Positions 1-9,309 of a DNA stretch of 56,403 nt are shown here, piece by piece. Source of the DNA: a virus (lineage: Duplodnaviria; Caudoviricetes); IMG/VR virus record IMGVR_UViG_3300048584_000026, positions 1 through 56,403 of that record. One strand, written 5' to 3'. The notes below the pieces were generated by a model. It was not told where the DNA came from, searched no databases, and saw only the letters and a program-made list of their open reading frames with translations. The position numbers and the translations under genes were made by a program. How positions within the stretch are numbered: position 1 is the first letter of the stretch; each line of letters begins with the position of its first letter.

Positions 1-113
1 TCGTGATTGCAGACCATGATCTTGAGTTCCGCGTAGCCAAGCCTGCGCCATTCGGCGCTGGTCTCCCGCTCGTCTACGGACTCCTTCCTCGGGGCTGCCT
101 TGATACGTCTCAC
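1..113 (-). CDS. VRR-NUC-like nuclease, N-terminal part (runs off the window start)
   Basis: Hand translation from GTG at 113, which overlaps the MTase stop: MRRIKAAPRKESVDERETSAEWRRLGYAELKIMVCNH. Its position between polymerase and helicase matches Chi-like gene order. Confidence 0.5.
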   Translation of the reverse strand, partial: MRRIKAAPRKESVDERETSAEWRRLGYAELKIMVCNH

Positions 114-841
114 AGGCCGCCCATATCCATATCAGCGATATTGACAGGGCATGTCATCAGCCGGTCGATCATGTGCGTGGTGCAGGGTCCGTCGTGGCCG
201 CGAACCCAGACGACCCACATGCAGTCCATGAGCGGGGAGTTGCCTCGCTCCTGCGCAAGGAAAGCCGGACGCCATGTCAGATTCAGTTCCATGTAGGGCT
301 TCGTCTCACGGAAAAGCGCCTTGCGGTTCTTCGTGTTCCAGTACTGGGCTTTGAGGAGCATGACGACCACGGGGGCGACTTCTAGCGCCCGGCGGATGAA
401 CTCCTCGGCTGCCTTGAATGGCGGGTTGGTGATTACGGCGTCGAACGCATGGCCTTCGAACTCAGGGTCCGGGCCATCAGAGGCAAGGAAGTCGATGCCC
501 CCCGTACCCCCTTGAACGTCCGGTCTCAGGTCCGTCCCGATGACACGGTAGCCGAACTCCCGCAACGGGCGAACCATCTGCCCGTCTGCACAAGCCGGTT
601 CAAGAACCAGTGCGTTCGCAGGCAGGAGGGGCGCAATGTAAGGGAGAAGGCTGTAGGTGCAGTCAACCGGCGTCGGGTAGAGGTCAGCGGGCTTGCGCGC
701 CCATTTCGCCATAGCAGCGGCGATAGCGCCTGCGATCCCGCCGTACGTATCGACCGCCTTCTCGGTAACACCGAACTGCTCCAGATCGACGGAGGTATCT
801 TCGCCGGGCATGTCCCAGAAATCGTCGTGCGACATCATCAA
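110..841 (-). CDS. Orphan DNA amino-methyltransferase (N6-A/N4-C)
   Basis: DLYPTP, SAM-binding motif I LEPACADG, catalytic motif IV ITNPPF; ends ADMDMGGL. Confidence 0.85.
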   Translation of the reverse strand: MMMSHDDFWDMPGEDTSVDLEQFGVTEKAVDTYGGIAGAIAAAMAKWARKPADLYPTPVDCTYSLLPYIAPLLPANALVLEPACADGQMVRPLREFGYRVIGTDLRPDVQGGTGGIDFLASDGPDPEFEGHAFDAVITNPPFKAAEEFIRRALEVAPVVVMLLKAQYWNTKNRKALFRETKPYMELNLTWRPAFLAQERGNSPLMDCMWVVWVRGHDGPCTTHMIDRLMTCPVNIADMDMGGL

Positions 842-3012
842 TCCTTCTTATATACCTTGCCTTCGTACCCGGCTGCACCCAGAGGCATTGTGCGTAGGAA
901 CTCGAACTGCTCTTGAATAGCCTTTGTCATGCAATGGCGCAATCCGGGGAGACCGTGAACTTCGTCGTCCTCGTCCTCCTCGGAAATGATTTCGTCGTGG
1001 ACGTGGCCGCAGATGTAGTAGCCTGCCGCGTGGGCCGCAAGCATCCCGAAGCCCAGAATATCGCGAGCGAGCGCCTGCACGAAGTTCTCGATGAACTTGC
1101 CGCCGTGGCTTTCGATTCGCTTCCATTGCTGGGTGATCTGGTCCTTGCCCATGTACGAGATATTGGTGCGCCAGTATGTCCCGTACTTGCCTTCTGCCTC
1201 GTACTTCTCGACACGAAGCTGGTAGTACCACATCGACCGGCCAGAGGGGAGGCCGACGCGCAGGAAGGGCTTGACGATCTGGAACTCCAGATGGCCCCAT
1301 TTGACGATCTTGCCGCCCGCCAGCATCGCGCGCTCGATGGTGTCCTCGATCTGGTACCAAGCGTTCTTGATCTCGCTGTAGGTCTCCCGGAACACTTGCA
1401 CGGCCCGGTTGGCCTCCTCACGGGTCATCTGGACGCCCATGCCCTCTGCATAGCCCCAGAGGCCCGTTTTCTCGCCGTCTCGTAGCTCCCCGCCGGACAG
1501 CCGGTACCCGGCACCCAGAACGGCTGGCTTGGCCCCTGACCGCTGAGCCTTGGTGACTTCCTCGTACGGCACTCCGTACATGTCGGTCGCAAAGTCCTTG
1601 TAGGCGCACATGCCGTTGCGAAACACGTTCAGGCCGCGCTCGCAGTCCGTTATCCAGAAGATCACGACCGACTCAATCGACGAGAGGTCGCAGACAACCA
1701 GCTTCTTATCCTGCGACGCCTGAATCGTGGATCGCACACAACCGGCCACGGCGTCCATTTGCTCGCCCGCGAAAACGCCCAGCGTCTCGTAGTCCCCGGT
1801 CTCGATCAGGTGATTGCAGAAGTCGAGCCGGTCGAAGTTGATGTGGTCCTCTGGTTCGAGCCACTTGGGCGTCCGGGGGAGGTTCTGCGGCTGGAGGGCG
1901 CGGCCCGCCCAGCGGTTCGTGCGTGACCCGCCTGCGAACTGGAAACAGTGTCTCAGGCGGTCATCATCCGCCAGACGGTCCATGACCGCCTCGTACTTGG
2001 TCGTAGATGTCTTGCTGGACGCCTGCCGCATCCGCATGACAACCCGGCAGTCCGGCATCAGGGAGCCTTCGCCTTGGACTTGGCCTAGTGCGTCGAGCCG
2101 CGCGTCAGGGTAGCACGGCACCAGCCCTTTGTTGCGCTCCTCTGGGGACGCGGCAAGGTAGCTCCGAACGCCTGCTTCTTCGGCGGCAAGCGTCTTGACG
2201 ATGTTGGCCTTCTGGAGGTTCCCGTATGGGTATCCTCGCTCCTGTAGCCACGGGAGAAGCTGCGCGCCGCTGTTCGAGTTCGCGAGGCCGGTGATACGGT
2301 TCTGCTCGGAAATGAGTTCCGTCTTGCGGCGGTCAGCGATAGCCAGAGCGTTTTCGACGAAGCGCCGGTTGATCGGCAAGCCCCGGTCGTTGATGATCTG
2401 ATCGAGTTCGTAGAGGTCCCACTGGAAATCCGGCACACCGAACCGGATCAGCTTGGACCAGACCTCTTTCTCGGAGTCGTTGTCCCGGATGCAGTACTTC
2501 TTGAAAATCTCCCAGTCCTCGGGATCGCTGTGCTGGTCACGCCAGACGAAAGGCTGATTCTTCGTCGGCTTGTTGGGCATACAGAACTCACGAATGAGCG
2601 CCCGGCCACGGGGGTCCTTCTTGTGCTTGAGTGACATCTGCTCGGCGATGTCGTCAAGGCCGCCCATGAAAGAGAACATGTAGGCGAGCGCCATGGAGCA
2701 ACGCCACGGCTTGTAGTCATGCTCGACCTCCAGCCCGATCTGCCGGGCGAGGACGCGCCAAGTGATCCACCGCTCGAACTGCGCGTTGAACGCGACTTTC
2801 AGGACCTCGGGGTCGCGCATGGCGTCCTTGAGGTCTCTGGGGATCGGCTGGCCTTCGGCAGGCACCCATAGCTGCGTTGCGTCGTCGTCCAGAGACCACG
2901 AACACATGAGAACCTTGGTCGAAGGGTTAGCCGAGTAGAGGTCGATCCCTGCGGTAAGGAGATCGACCTCGCTGGCTACTTCGAAGTCGTGGTGAAGTCT
3001 GGTCTGTGCCAT
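838..3012 (-). CDS. Family A DNA polymerase (phage type)
   Basis: Exonuclease motifs HDFE, AFNAQFE and YCIRD; QPQNLPR; motif A CDLSSIE; motif B RSGAKPAVLGAGY; ENFVQALARD; motif C HVHDEI. Confidence 0.95.
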   Translation of the reverse strand: MAQTRLHHDFEVASEVDLLTAGIDLYSANPSTKVLMCSWSLDDDATQLWVPAEGQPIPRDLKDAMRDPEVLKVAFNAQFERWITWRVLARQIGLEVEHDYKPWRCSMALAYMFSFMGGLDDIAEQMSLKHKKDPRGRALIREFCMPNKPTKNQPFVWRDQHSDPEDWEIFKKYCIRDNDSEKEVWSKLIRFGVPDFQWDLYELDQIINDRGLPINRRFVENALAIADRRKTELISEQNRITGLANSNSGAQLLPWLQERGYPYGNLQKANIVKTLAAEEAGVRSYLAASPEERNKGLVPCYPDARLDALGQVQGEGSLMPDCRVVMRMRQASSKTSTTKYEAVMDRLADDDRLRHCFQFAGGSRTNRWAGRALQPQNLPRTPKWLEPEDHINFDRLDFCNHLIETGDYETLGVFAGEQMDAVAGCVRSTIQASQDKKLVVCDLSSIESVVIFWITDCERGLNVFRNGMCAYKDFATDMYGVPYEEVTKAQRSGAKPAVLGAGYRLSGGELRDGEKTGLWGYAEGMGVQMTREEANRAVQVFRETYSEIKNAWYQIEDTIERAMLAGGKIVKWGHLEFQIVKPFLRVGLPSGRSMWYYQLRVEKYEAEGKYGTYWRTNISYMGKDQITQQWKRIESHGGKFIENFVQALARDILGFGMLAAHAAGYYICGHVHDEIISEEDEDDEVHGLPGLRHCMTKAIQEQFEFLRTMPLGAAGYEGKVYKKD

Positions 3013-3029
3013 GACAGGTCAAAGAAGGT

Positions 3030-3089
3030 GGCGGCTCGGGTGATCCTCCCGCCGGGAACCCCCAACAGGTCCCGAGCCGCCGAGCCGCC
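3030..3089. other. Intergenic hairpin between SSB and polymerase
   Basis: GGCGGCTCGGG (3030-3040) pairs with CCCGAGCCGCC (3071-3081); the right arm is partly duplicated at 3081-3089. Confidence 0.55.
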
Positions 3090-3090
3090 C

Positions 3091-3741
3091 TTACAGGCCG
3101 CCCATGTCGTCGCCATCATCTCCGCCGAAGCCGCCTTCGTCGTCGTCGTCGAACGACGAGATCGCGGCATCCTTGGAAATCCCGCCTTCGGCGATCAGCG
3201 GACCTTCGCGGCGGAGGCGGACGGCGCGCAGGCTGGCGTTGATACGCTTGCCATGCTCGTTGTCCTGCCACCACGGCTGGATCAGCATGTCGATGTAATA
3301 GCCCGCCTTGATCTCCTTCTTGATCTCCTCGGGCGATTCCATTTCCGACTTGTCCGGGTGGAGGACGGTCGGCTTTTCCGTTTCACGGCTGGCGACGATA
3401 AACGCCCCATCGTATTCCGGCTTCTTGGTCGGCTTGCCGTCACGAACGAACTTGAGGTCGTCCTTGATGTCCGTTCCCTTGTTGCGCTCCTTGAGCATGT
3501 CCATGCAGACATCCAGCAGGAGGTCGATGGCAGGCTGGTGGGTCTTGACAGGGAGGATGCCGGTCATCGAGTACGCCGGGGTGTCCTTCTCGTTCTTGCG
3601 CCACATCTTGTCGATGTGGGGATAGCTGGCGCGAACGTCGGCGATCAGGATGGTGCCATCACTGTACACCTTGCAAATCGTCTGTCCGGCAGCGTTCTTG
3701 GCCGACCGGAGAACGGTACGGGGGGTGCTGGTCTCACTCAT
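3091..3741 (-). CDS. ssDNA-binding protein (DUF2815 / T7 gp2.5-like)
   Basis: VRASYPHI...GKRINASLRAVR motif, acidic tail, position next to polymerase; ends DDGDDMGGL. Confidence 0.8.
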   Translation of the reverse strand: MSETSTPRTVLRSAKNAAGQTICKVYSDGTILIADVRASYPHIDKMWRKNEKDTPAYSMTGILPVKTHQPAIDLLLDVCMDMLKERNKGTDIKDDLKFVRDGKPTKKPEYDGAFIVASRETEKPTVLHPDKSEMESPEEIKKEIKAGYYIDMLIQPWWQDNEHGKRINASLRAVRLRREGPLIAEGGISKDAAISSFDDDDEGGFGGDDGDDMGGL

Positions 3742-3757
3742 ATTCAAGTTCCTTGTT

Positions 3758-5044
3758 TCACGAGTTACCGATGGCATCCGTTTCATCATCGAAAGCGGAT
3801 ACCGCTGACGCGATCCCTTCCCGTTTATCGGAACTGGGGATCATCGTCACTTTCCCCGGCGGCTGGTGAACGAAAGGCGCAATGCGCTTGTCGTTCGCCT
3901 TAAGACTGCCGCCGAGAGAAACCCTTAATAGCTGAACTGCCTGCGCAGGGGAAATGAATTTTTGCTCGTACATGTCGAGATCAGTAATACCGCGACCGCG
4001 AAGCATACGACGAGCAGCCGCTTCGTCTGTCCATTTACGGTTTCCGGCCCGGCCCATCCCGAGTTTTTGTCCCGGAACTTCGACATCCATTTCCAACTTC
4101 TTAAGCAAGTAGTCGTACATCTCCCGGAAATACTTCTCCAGAATCGGTCGCCACTCATAAATCTGGGCAAGACGCTCGACCGGGACTTCGCTGTACACTG
4201 GGAGACGTAGTTCGGAAACCATTTCCTGTTCTATCACGGCCACGGCTTGAGCCGGGGACATCTCGTTGTCGTCGAGATCGTCGAAACTGGCCGCCGCGAG
4301 CTTGACGTTTACCGCTGCCAGCGCCGGACAAGTGAACCGGGCAGGGCAGTACTCGCAGGCAATCGGATCGGGGTTGTACGGTGCCTCTGGGTCCCATGCC
4401 TTGTGAGCAGCCGCCCGGTAACGCTCTCCGAACTCAAGAAGCTGGTCGCGCGTGATGGTCCAGACATCGTAATTCTCTCGACGCGGTTGCACGATCTGGA
4501 TTTCGATCTCTTGGAAGTCGTACAGCCAGTCAAGCTCCTCGAACGCGCCAAGCGCGTAAGCCTGCCCCTGTTCGTTGTCCTCTGCATCCACCCAGACCTT
4601 GCCGTATTTGAGGTCCTTGACCCGCAGCTTGCCCCACTCGGCGCTGATGTGGTCCGAAGTCCCGAAGCTCGGAACGGGGGTGTACTTGGATAGATCGACC
4701 TTGACTTCGACGTAGTGCTTGCCCGGCATAGTCGAGACGAGCGAAACGTATTCTTCGACGTAGGAAATCATTTCCTCGGTGATCTCGATCTCGAACCCGT
4801 CCTTGGTGTGAACGGTGCCGAGATACCGATATGGGTTCCCGCTGGTCAGCCACTCCTCGGCAAGCCAGTGAGCGATAGAACCTTCGGCGGCGTAATAGCT
4901 GGGGTTATCGCCCGCCAGATGACCGGCGATCAGTGATCGCGGGCATCGCATCCAACGGTGTGCGCTGGACGGCCCAAAGATCGAGTGACCCGTGGCGTTC
5001 TTGTCCGCGAGCATCTGATCTGTGATAGGATGATGTTCGGACAT
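3758..5044 (-). CDS. Cas4-like PD-(D/E)XK exonuclease (DUF2800)
   Basis: HSIFGPSSAHRWMRCP, FGTSD, DLKYG, QGQAYALG and C-terminal CEYCPARFTC cysteine cluster. Confidence 0.85.
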   Translation of the reverse strand: MSEHHPITDQMLADKNATGHSIFGPSSAHRWMRCPRSLIAGHLAGDNPSYYAAEGSIAHWLAEEWLTSGNPYRYLGTVHTKDGFEIEITEEMISYVEEYVSLVSTMPGKHYVEVKVDLSKYTPVPSFGTSDHISAEWGKLRVKDLKYGKVWVDAEDNEQGQAYALGAFEELDWLYDFQEIEIQIVQPRRENYDVWTITRDQLLEFGERYRAAAHKAWDPEAPYNPDPIACEYCPARFTCPALAAVNVKLAAASFDDLDDNEMSPAQAVAVIEQEMVSELRLPVYSEVPVERLAQIYEWRPILEKYFREMYDYLLKKLEMDVEVPGQKLGMGRAGNRKWTDEAAARRMLRGRGITDLDMYEQKFISPAQAVQLLRVSLGGSLKANDKRIAPFVHQPPGKVTMIPSSDKREGIASAVSAFDDETDAIGNS

Positions 5045-5048
5045 GGTA

Positions 5049-5111
5049 TCCCCGGTTTAGTAGGAAGCCGGGTTCGGGTCGCGGAGACCCGGCTTCCTAC
5101 TAAACCGGGGA
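5049..5111. promoter_or_regulatory. Perfect 25-bp inverted repeat covering the exonuclease RBS
   Basis: TCCCCGGTTTAGTAGGAAGCCGGGT (5049-5073) and its exact reverse complement (5087-5111), 13-nt loop, just upstream of the ATG at 5044. Confidence 0.8.
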
Positions 5112-5169
5112 AGGATCAAGGCTTTGCAGTCCAATCCCCTTCCCCGGCCCTCGGTGCGACCCGAGGGGC

Positions 5170-5217
5170 TGCGCAGGGCGCTCTCCAGCGGGATCAACTG
5201 GAGCAACGCCCTGCGCA
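5170..5217. other. Second intergenic hairpin
   Basis: TGCGCAGGGCG/CGCCCTGCGCA outer stem with CTCCAG/CTGGAG inner stem. Confidence 0.6.
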
Positions 5218-5231
5218 AGGCGGCTGACCTG

Positions 5232-5597
5232 TTACAGGCCGCCGTTATCGTCGCCTTCCGGTTCCTCGGCGAGCTTTTCTTCCGCCGCATCCCAGTAGGT
5301 CTGCCAGTTGGCCGCGTCAGCGATCAGGTTCGCCAGCTTCTCGTGGCCCTGCGCCTTGATAAGGTCCTTGGCAGCGGCATCGCCGAACTTCTGCTGGACC
5401 TCAAGGAACTTGTCGCGAAGCTGTTCCGCCGTGAAGTCCGGCTTGGCGGCCTTGGCTTCGGCGGCTTCGCGCTTCTTCTTCTCGGCGGCAGTTTCCTTCT
5501 TCTCTGCCGGGGCGGCAGCCGCCGGGGCAGCAGCGCCACCCTCAAGCAGCGCCCGGATCGCAGCAACGTCAGCCGCAATCTGTTCAATCATACCCAT
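5232..5597 (-). CDS. Ala/Lys-rich hypothetical replication-module protein
   Basis: GGAGA RBS, typical codon use, position upstream of the exonuclease; ends EGDDNGGL. Confidence 0.75.
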   Translation of the reverse strand: MGMIEQIAADVAAIRALLEGGAAAPAAAAPAEKKETAAEKKKREAAEAKAAKPDFTAEQLRDKFLEVQQKFGDAAAKDLIKAQGHEKLANLIADAANWQTYWDAAEEKLAEEPEGDDNGGL

Positions 5598-5653
5598 GTG
5601 TGCTTCTCCGTTTGTAGGGTTCGACCGCGCCCCGAATCGGAGCGACGGGGCCT

Positions 5654-5682
5654 TCCTGCCCGATCCACGGGCTTACTGTCAA
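5654..5682 (-). promoter_or_regulatory. Putative sigma70-type promoter for the replication operon
   Basis: TTGACA on the minus strand at 5677-5682 in a divergent intergenic region; weak -10. Confidence 0.4.
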
Positions 5683-5754
5683 TAGCAGATCACTTACTTG
5701 CGTTAAATACCAATCTAGGGCAAGTTCCCCCCGAATCGAGGACAAGGCACCCCC

Positions 5755-6024
5755 ATGTCAGCAGAAAAATTTCCCGTTCCCGCTTGGGTAGAGCCGGAAC
5801 AGAGGGCCGAATTTGCCGTTCGTCTGGCGGCCTTCTACCACGATAAAAGCGGGAGCCTCGGGAAACTTTCCGTGGCTCTCGGCGGCTCGTCGTCAATGCT
5901 GCACATGCAGTTGAACACCACCGGGACCATCACCGTAAACACCTGTATCAAGATCGAGGAACTTCTGGGTCGCGAGACCTTCCCGCGCGAATTTTTCCGT
6001 CCTGACATTTTCGTTGCGGAGTAG
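5755..6024 (+). CDS. Cro-like HTH protein
   Basis: GSLGKLSVALGGSSS helix pattern and C-terminal REFFRPDIF typical of Cro/YdaS-like proteins; lies upstream of the primase. Confidence 0.6.
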   Translation: MSAEKFPVPAWVEPEQRAEFAVRLAAFYHDKSGSLGKLSVALGGSSSMLHMQLNTTGTITVNTCIKIEELLGRETFPREFFRPDIFVAE

Positions 6025-6032
6025 ACCGAGTC

Positions 6033-8504
6033 ATGGCCGCACGGCGCTACATGGAGGAGTTCGGCGTTAAGATCGCCGGGAACGGGTATGAGGTCATCCC
6101 GATCATTCCCGGCGAAAAACGCCCGGCGGGTAAGAACTGGCAGAAGCTCGCCGGTACGGTAGAGGGGGTCCACGACTACCTCGCCGACGGCAAAGGCGAT
6201 CACGGGATCGGCATTAAGGCCCGTCTATGCCCCAGCGTTGACATCGACGTTCTGGACGAGGCGGTAAACGCTGAAATCCAGCAGATCGTTCTGGATATAG
6301 TCGGTGATACGCCCCTAAAGAGAATTGGTTTCGCGCCGAAGGTCCTTTGGGTCTACCGGGCCGAGAAGGACTCGATGTTCCCGAAGGTCGATACCGGCAT
6401 GTGGGTTGATTCCCAAGGTCGGTCATCGAAGGTAGAAATCCTTGCCGACGGCCAGCAGTTTGTCGCGGCGCACATCCACCCAGACACAGGCAAGCCGTAC
6501 AAGTGGCTGACGGATTCACCGCTGACCCTAGGCCGATCTGATCTGCCGGTGCTTACGCACGAGCAGGCGAACCAGATCAAGGAGAAGGTCCTCCAGCTTT
6601 TCCTAGCGCACGGCTGGACCAAGAAATCCAAGAACGCGATCACGCGGCTGGTCAACCCTCTCGACGACGACGATCCGTTCAGCGCCTACAGGCCCAAGGT
6701 CCAGATCGGCGACCGGGAGCTTGAGCGCAAGCTGTTCCAGATCAAGGACAACACAGACCACGATGTCTGGGTCCAGATCGGCATGGCGCTGTACCACCAG
6801 TACGACGGAAGCGAGCAGGGTTTCGAACTCTGGGATCGTTGGTCCTCCAGCGCACACAATTACAGCGAGGAGGAGTGCCGCAAGCGTTGGCCCAGCTTCT
6901 CGAACAAGGACAATTCGCACACGCCGATGACGTGTCGGATCATCCTCAAGCTCGCCAAGACTTCCGAGAAAGAGGAGATCGAGGAGAAGTCCAAGGACTT
7001 CGCCGACCGGCTGGCTCTGGCGGGCAGCACGGACGAGCTTGTCGCGGTTTGCGACGAGATCAAGGTGACAGAGTTCCCGAACCACGTCCGGGAGCTTATC
7101 ACCGGCAAGGTCCGCGCCAACTGGAAGCGGCTCACCGGGGACAACCCACGTATCGGTTTCATCCGTGAGCTTATCCGGTTCGAAAACCGCGAAATCATTT
7201 CCGCTCCGCCGTGGGTGAAGCCGTGGGTCTACTGCTCGCAGACCGACGAACTGTTCAACATGGTGAACCGCACCCAGCTTGACCGGGCAGCCTTTAACGT
7301 GGCCCACGCCCGGTTCATGCTCACACCGCAAGAGCGGCTGGAGGGCAAAGCGGTCCCGGAGACCCAGCCTGTTGACGCCGTGGTGAACCTGTTCCAGATT
7401 CCGGTCGTCTACAATCGCATGTTCATGCCCGGTCAGCCGACCCTCTACTCCATGGACGGGATCGACTACGCGAACAGCTACACCGAAGAAGGTATCCCGG
7501 AGCTTCCGGGGAACCTGTCCCCGGTCGAAGAAGAAGCGATCCAGATATTCCTCGGCCACTTGGAGCATATCATCGCCAACGAGAACGACCGGCGTATCTT
7601 CCTCGATTTCCTGACCTACATCGTGAAGAACCCCGGACAGCGGATTAACTGGGCGATCCTGTTGCAGGGCGCAGAGGGCGACGGTAAGTCGTTCTTCTCC
7701 GTCGTTCTGGAGGCCGTTCTGGGTACCAACAACATCAACATGATTGCCGGGAACGCGCTGGAGGAAAAGTACAACCCATGGGCCGAGAACGCCCTCGTCT
7801 GCTTCATCGAAGATGTCCGGTTGCATGGCGCTAATCGCTTCGACGCGATCAACACGCTCAAGCCGATGATTACGAACAGCCGCGTCTCGATCCGGCGGAT
7901 GCAGACGAACATCTACACGGTCGTCAACACGATGAATTACATCCTGACCGCGAACGTGAAGGACGCTATGCCGGTCGGCGACGAGGACAGCCGTATCTTC
8001 CCGATCTTTACCCGGTTCCAGCGGTCGAGCGATCTGGACCGCTTCAAGACAGACAACCCGCACTATTACGACCGGCTGTTCGCGATCCTCCAGTTCGCCG
8101 GGGCGCTCCGCCAGTTCTTCTTGCTGCGGAAGATCAGCCCCGACTTCAATCCGAAGGCCCGTGCGCCCAAGTCGAGCTATCGCCGCGAGATGATCCTGCT
8201 GAACAAGTCGGAGGAGGTCACGGCTCTGGAGGACACGCTGGAGGTCAGCGATCAGCCGGACTACAGCGAGTTCCTGCTGGACAGCGGCAAGCTTGCCGAT
8301 CACTTCATGGGAACCGATGCTCTCGCCCCGCGTAGTAAGGCTCTGAGCCGTCTGTTGAGCCAGTATGGGTTCACGCTGCTGGGGCGCTTCAAGGTGAACG
8401 GAGAGAAGCGCCAGTATTGGTCAATGAAACCGTGGGCGTGGCCTGAGGACGACAACAAGCGCGGTGACGCGATTCGGGACTACCTCGATCCGGAGGGCTT
8501 GTGA
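6033..8504 (+). CDS. Bifunctional primase-polymerase with PriCT-2 and SF3-like helicase domains
   Basis: IPIIPGEKRP...GIGI...VDIDV prim-pol; WVQIGMALY...WDRWS PriCT-2; Walker A GAEGDGKS; ends DPEGL. Confidence 0.9.
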   Translation: MAARRYMEEFGVKIAGNGYEVIPIIPGEKRPAGKNWQKLAGTVEGVHDYLADGKGDHGIGIKARLCPSVDIDVLDEAVNAEIQQIVLDIVGDTPLKRIGFAPKVLWVYRAEKDSMFPKVDTGMWVDSQGRSSKVEILADGQQFVAAHIHPDTGKPYKWLTDSPLTLGRSDLPVLTHEQANQIKEKVLQLFLAHGWTKKSKNAITRLVNPLDDDDPFSAYRPKVQIGDRELERKLFQIKDNTDHDVWVQIGMALYHQYDGSEQGFELWDRWSSSAHNYSEEECRKRWPSFSNKDNSHTPMTCRIILKLAKTSEKEEIEEKSKDFADRLALAGSTDELVAVCDEIKVTEFPNHVRELITGKVRANWKRLTGDNPRIGFIRELIRFENREIISAPPWVKPWVYCSQTDELFNMVNRTQLDRAAFNVAHARFMLTPQERLEGKAVPETQPVDAVVNLFQIPVVYNRMFMPGQPTLYSMDGIDYANSYTEEGIPELPGNLSPVEEEAIQIFLGHLEHIIANENDRRIFLDFLTYIVKNPGQRINWAILLQGAEGDGKSFFSVVLEAVLGTNNINMIAGNALEEKYNPWAENALVCFIEDVRLHGANRFDAINTLKPMITNSRVSIRRMQTNIYTVVNTMNYILTANVKDAMPVGDEDSRIFPIFTRFQRSSDLDRFKTDNPHYYDRLFAILQFAGALRQFFLLRKISPDFNPKARAPKSSYRREMILLNKSEEVTALEDTLEVSDQPDYSEFLLDSGKLADHFMGTDALAPRSKALSRLLSQYGFTLLGRFKVNGEKRQYWSMKPWAWPEDDNKRGDAIRDYLDPEGL

Positions 8505-8505
8505 C

Positions 8506-8694
8506 GTGCAAGGGTACAACTTCAATAACGACAAGGGCCGCCGGATCGCTGTCTGGCTGGCCGCGATCCAGAAGGATCGAAACTACGCCCGGATGCTGCT
8601 CGGCCTGCCTCTGGTCGCGCCGGTCAAAACGGAGGTTCGTCTGACAGCGGAGCGGCTGGGGTATCGAGCGCCGGTAGCCAAGCTGGGGGACTGA
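8506..8694 (+). CDS. Possible small hypothetical protein
   Basis: GTG right after the primase stop; overlaps the convergent HNH gene by about 70 nt. Confidence 0.3.
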   Translation: MQGYNFNNDKGRRIAVWLAAIQKDRNYARMLLGLPLVAPVKTEVRLTAERLGYRAPVAKLGD

Positions 8695-9181
8695 ACCACG
8701 GGATGCCGTCGTTCTCCGGTTCCGGCTCGACCGGCTCAGGCTCTAGGCCGACCTCCACCCTGATCCAGTATAGCTCCCGGTTGACAGACCCCGTGACGGC
8801 CTGTAGATGGTGGACGCATAGGGTGTTCCCGCACTCGTGATCGACCTCCATGCCGTCGATCTCCAGCCCGTGAATGAATCGCGCGGCCCAGCGGTGAACC
8901 CGCCAAGACTTCCCCTCGAACCAGAAGCTCCCGTACCAAGCGGTCTTGCCCCGGCCACGGGTCTTGCCCCCTATCCAGTTGACGCATCCGGTGACAGGAT
9001 CGAACCGGCACTGGGCTAGGAATCGCTCAAGGGCGGTCCGCGTCGAGCAGAACCGCCCTCTGGGGCCTCTGGCAGGCGCTACAGGCCGTTGCAGCCCCTC
9101 AGGAGCCTCCTCAGACGCCGGGAGGCCGCCGGGACCCGCTTCACGACCGACGCTGGCGCATGTCGCATGTGGGATTGCCAT
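8624..9181 (-). CDS. HNH endonuclease (start uncertain)
   Basis: GCVNWIG...YGSF...VHRWA...VDHECGNTLCVHHLQAVT. Confidence 0.8.
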   Translation of the reverse strand: MAIPHATCASVGREAGPGGLPASEEAPEGLQRPVAPARGPRGRFCSTRTALERFLAQCRFDPVTGCVNWIGGKTRGRGKTAWYGSFWFEGKSWRVHRWAARFIHGLEIDGMEVDHECGNTLCVHHLQAVTGSVNRELYWIRVEVGLEPEPVEPEPENDGIPWFSPPAWLPALDTPAAPLSDEPPF

Positions 9182-9309
9182 GCCGGGACCTCTAGCACGA
9201 TCTGGAGAATCTGGTAAGCCGTCCTGCGGTCCACCAGCTTCTCGTCTCGCCAGATCGGGTCGAAGGCATCGTGCGCCCGCTTCTTGGGGTTTACCCGTAC
9301 TCGCCGCAT
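9079..9309 (-). CDS. Hypothetical protein (DUF3268-like)
   Basis: KKRAHDAFDPIW...RRTAYQIL...SHM motif; ends CNGL. Confidence 0.55.
   Translation of the reverse strand: MRRVRVNPKKRAHDAFDPIWRDEKLVDRRTAYQILQIVLEVPAWQSHMRHAPASVVKRVPAASRRLRRLLRGCNGL

Noticed and set aside
3758-5044. Cas4-like gene as evidence of CRISPR-Cas
   Set aside because: It is the usual DUF2800 exonuclease of phage replication modules
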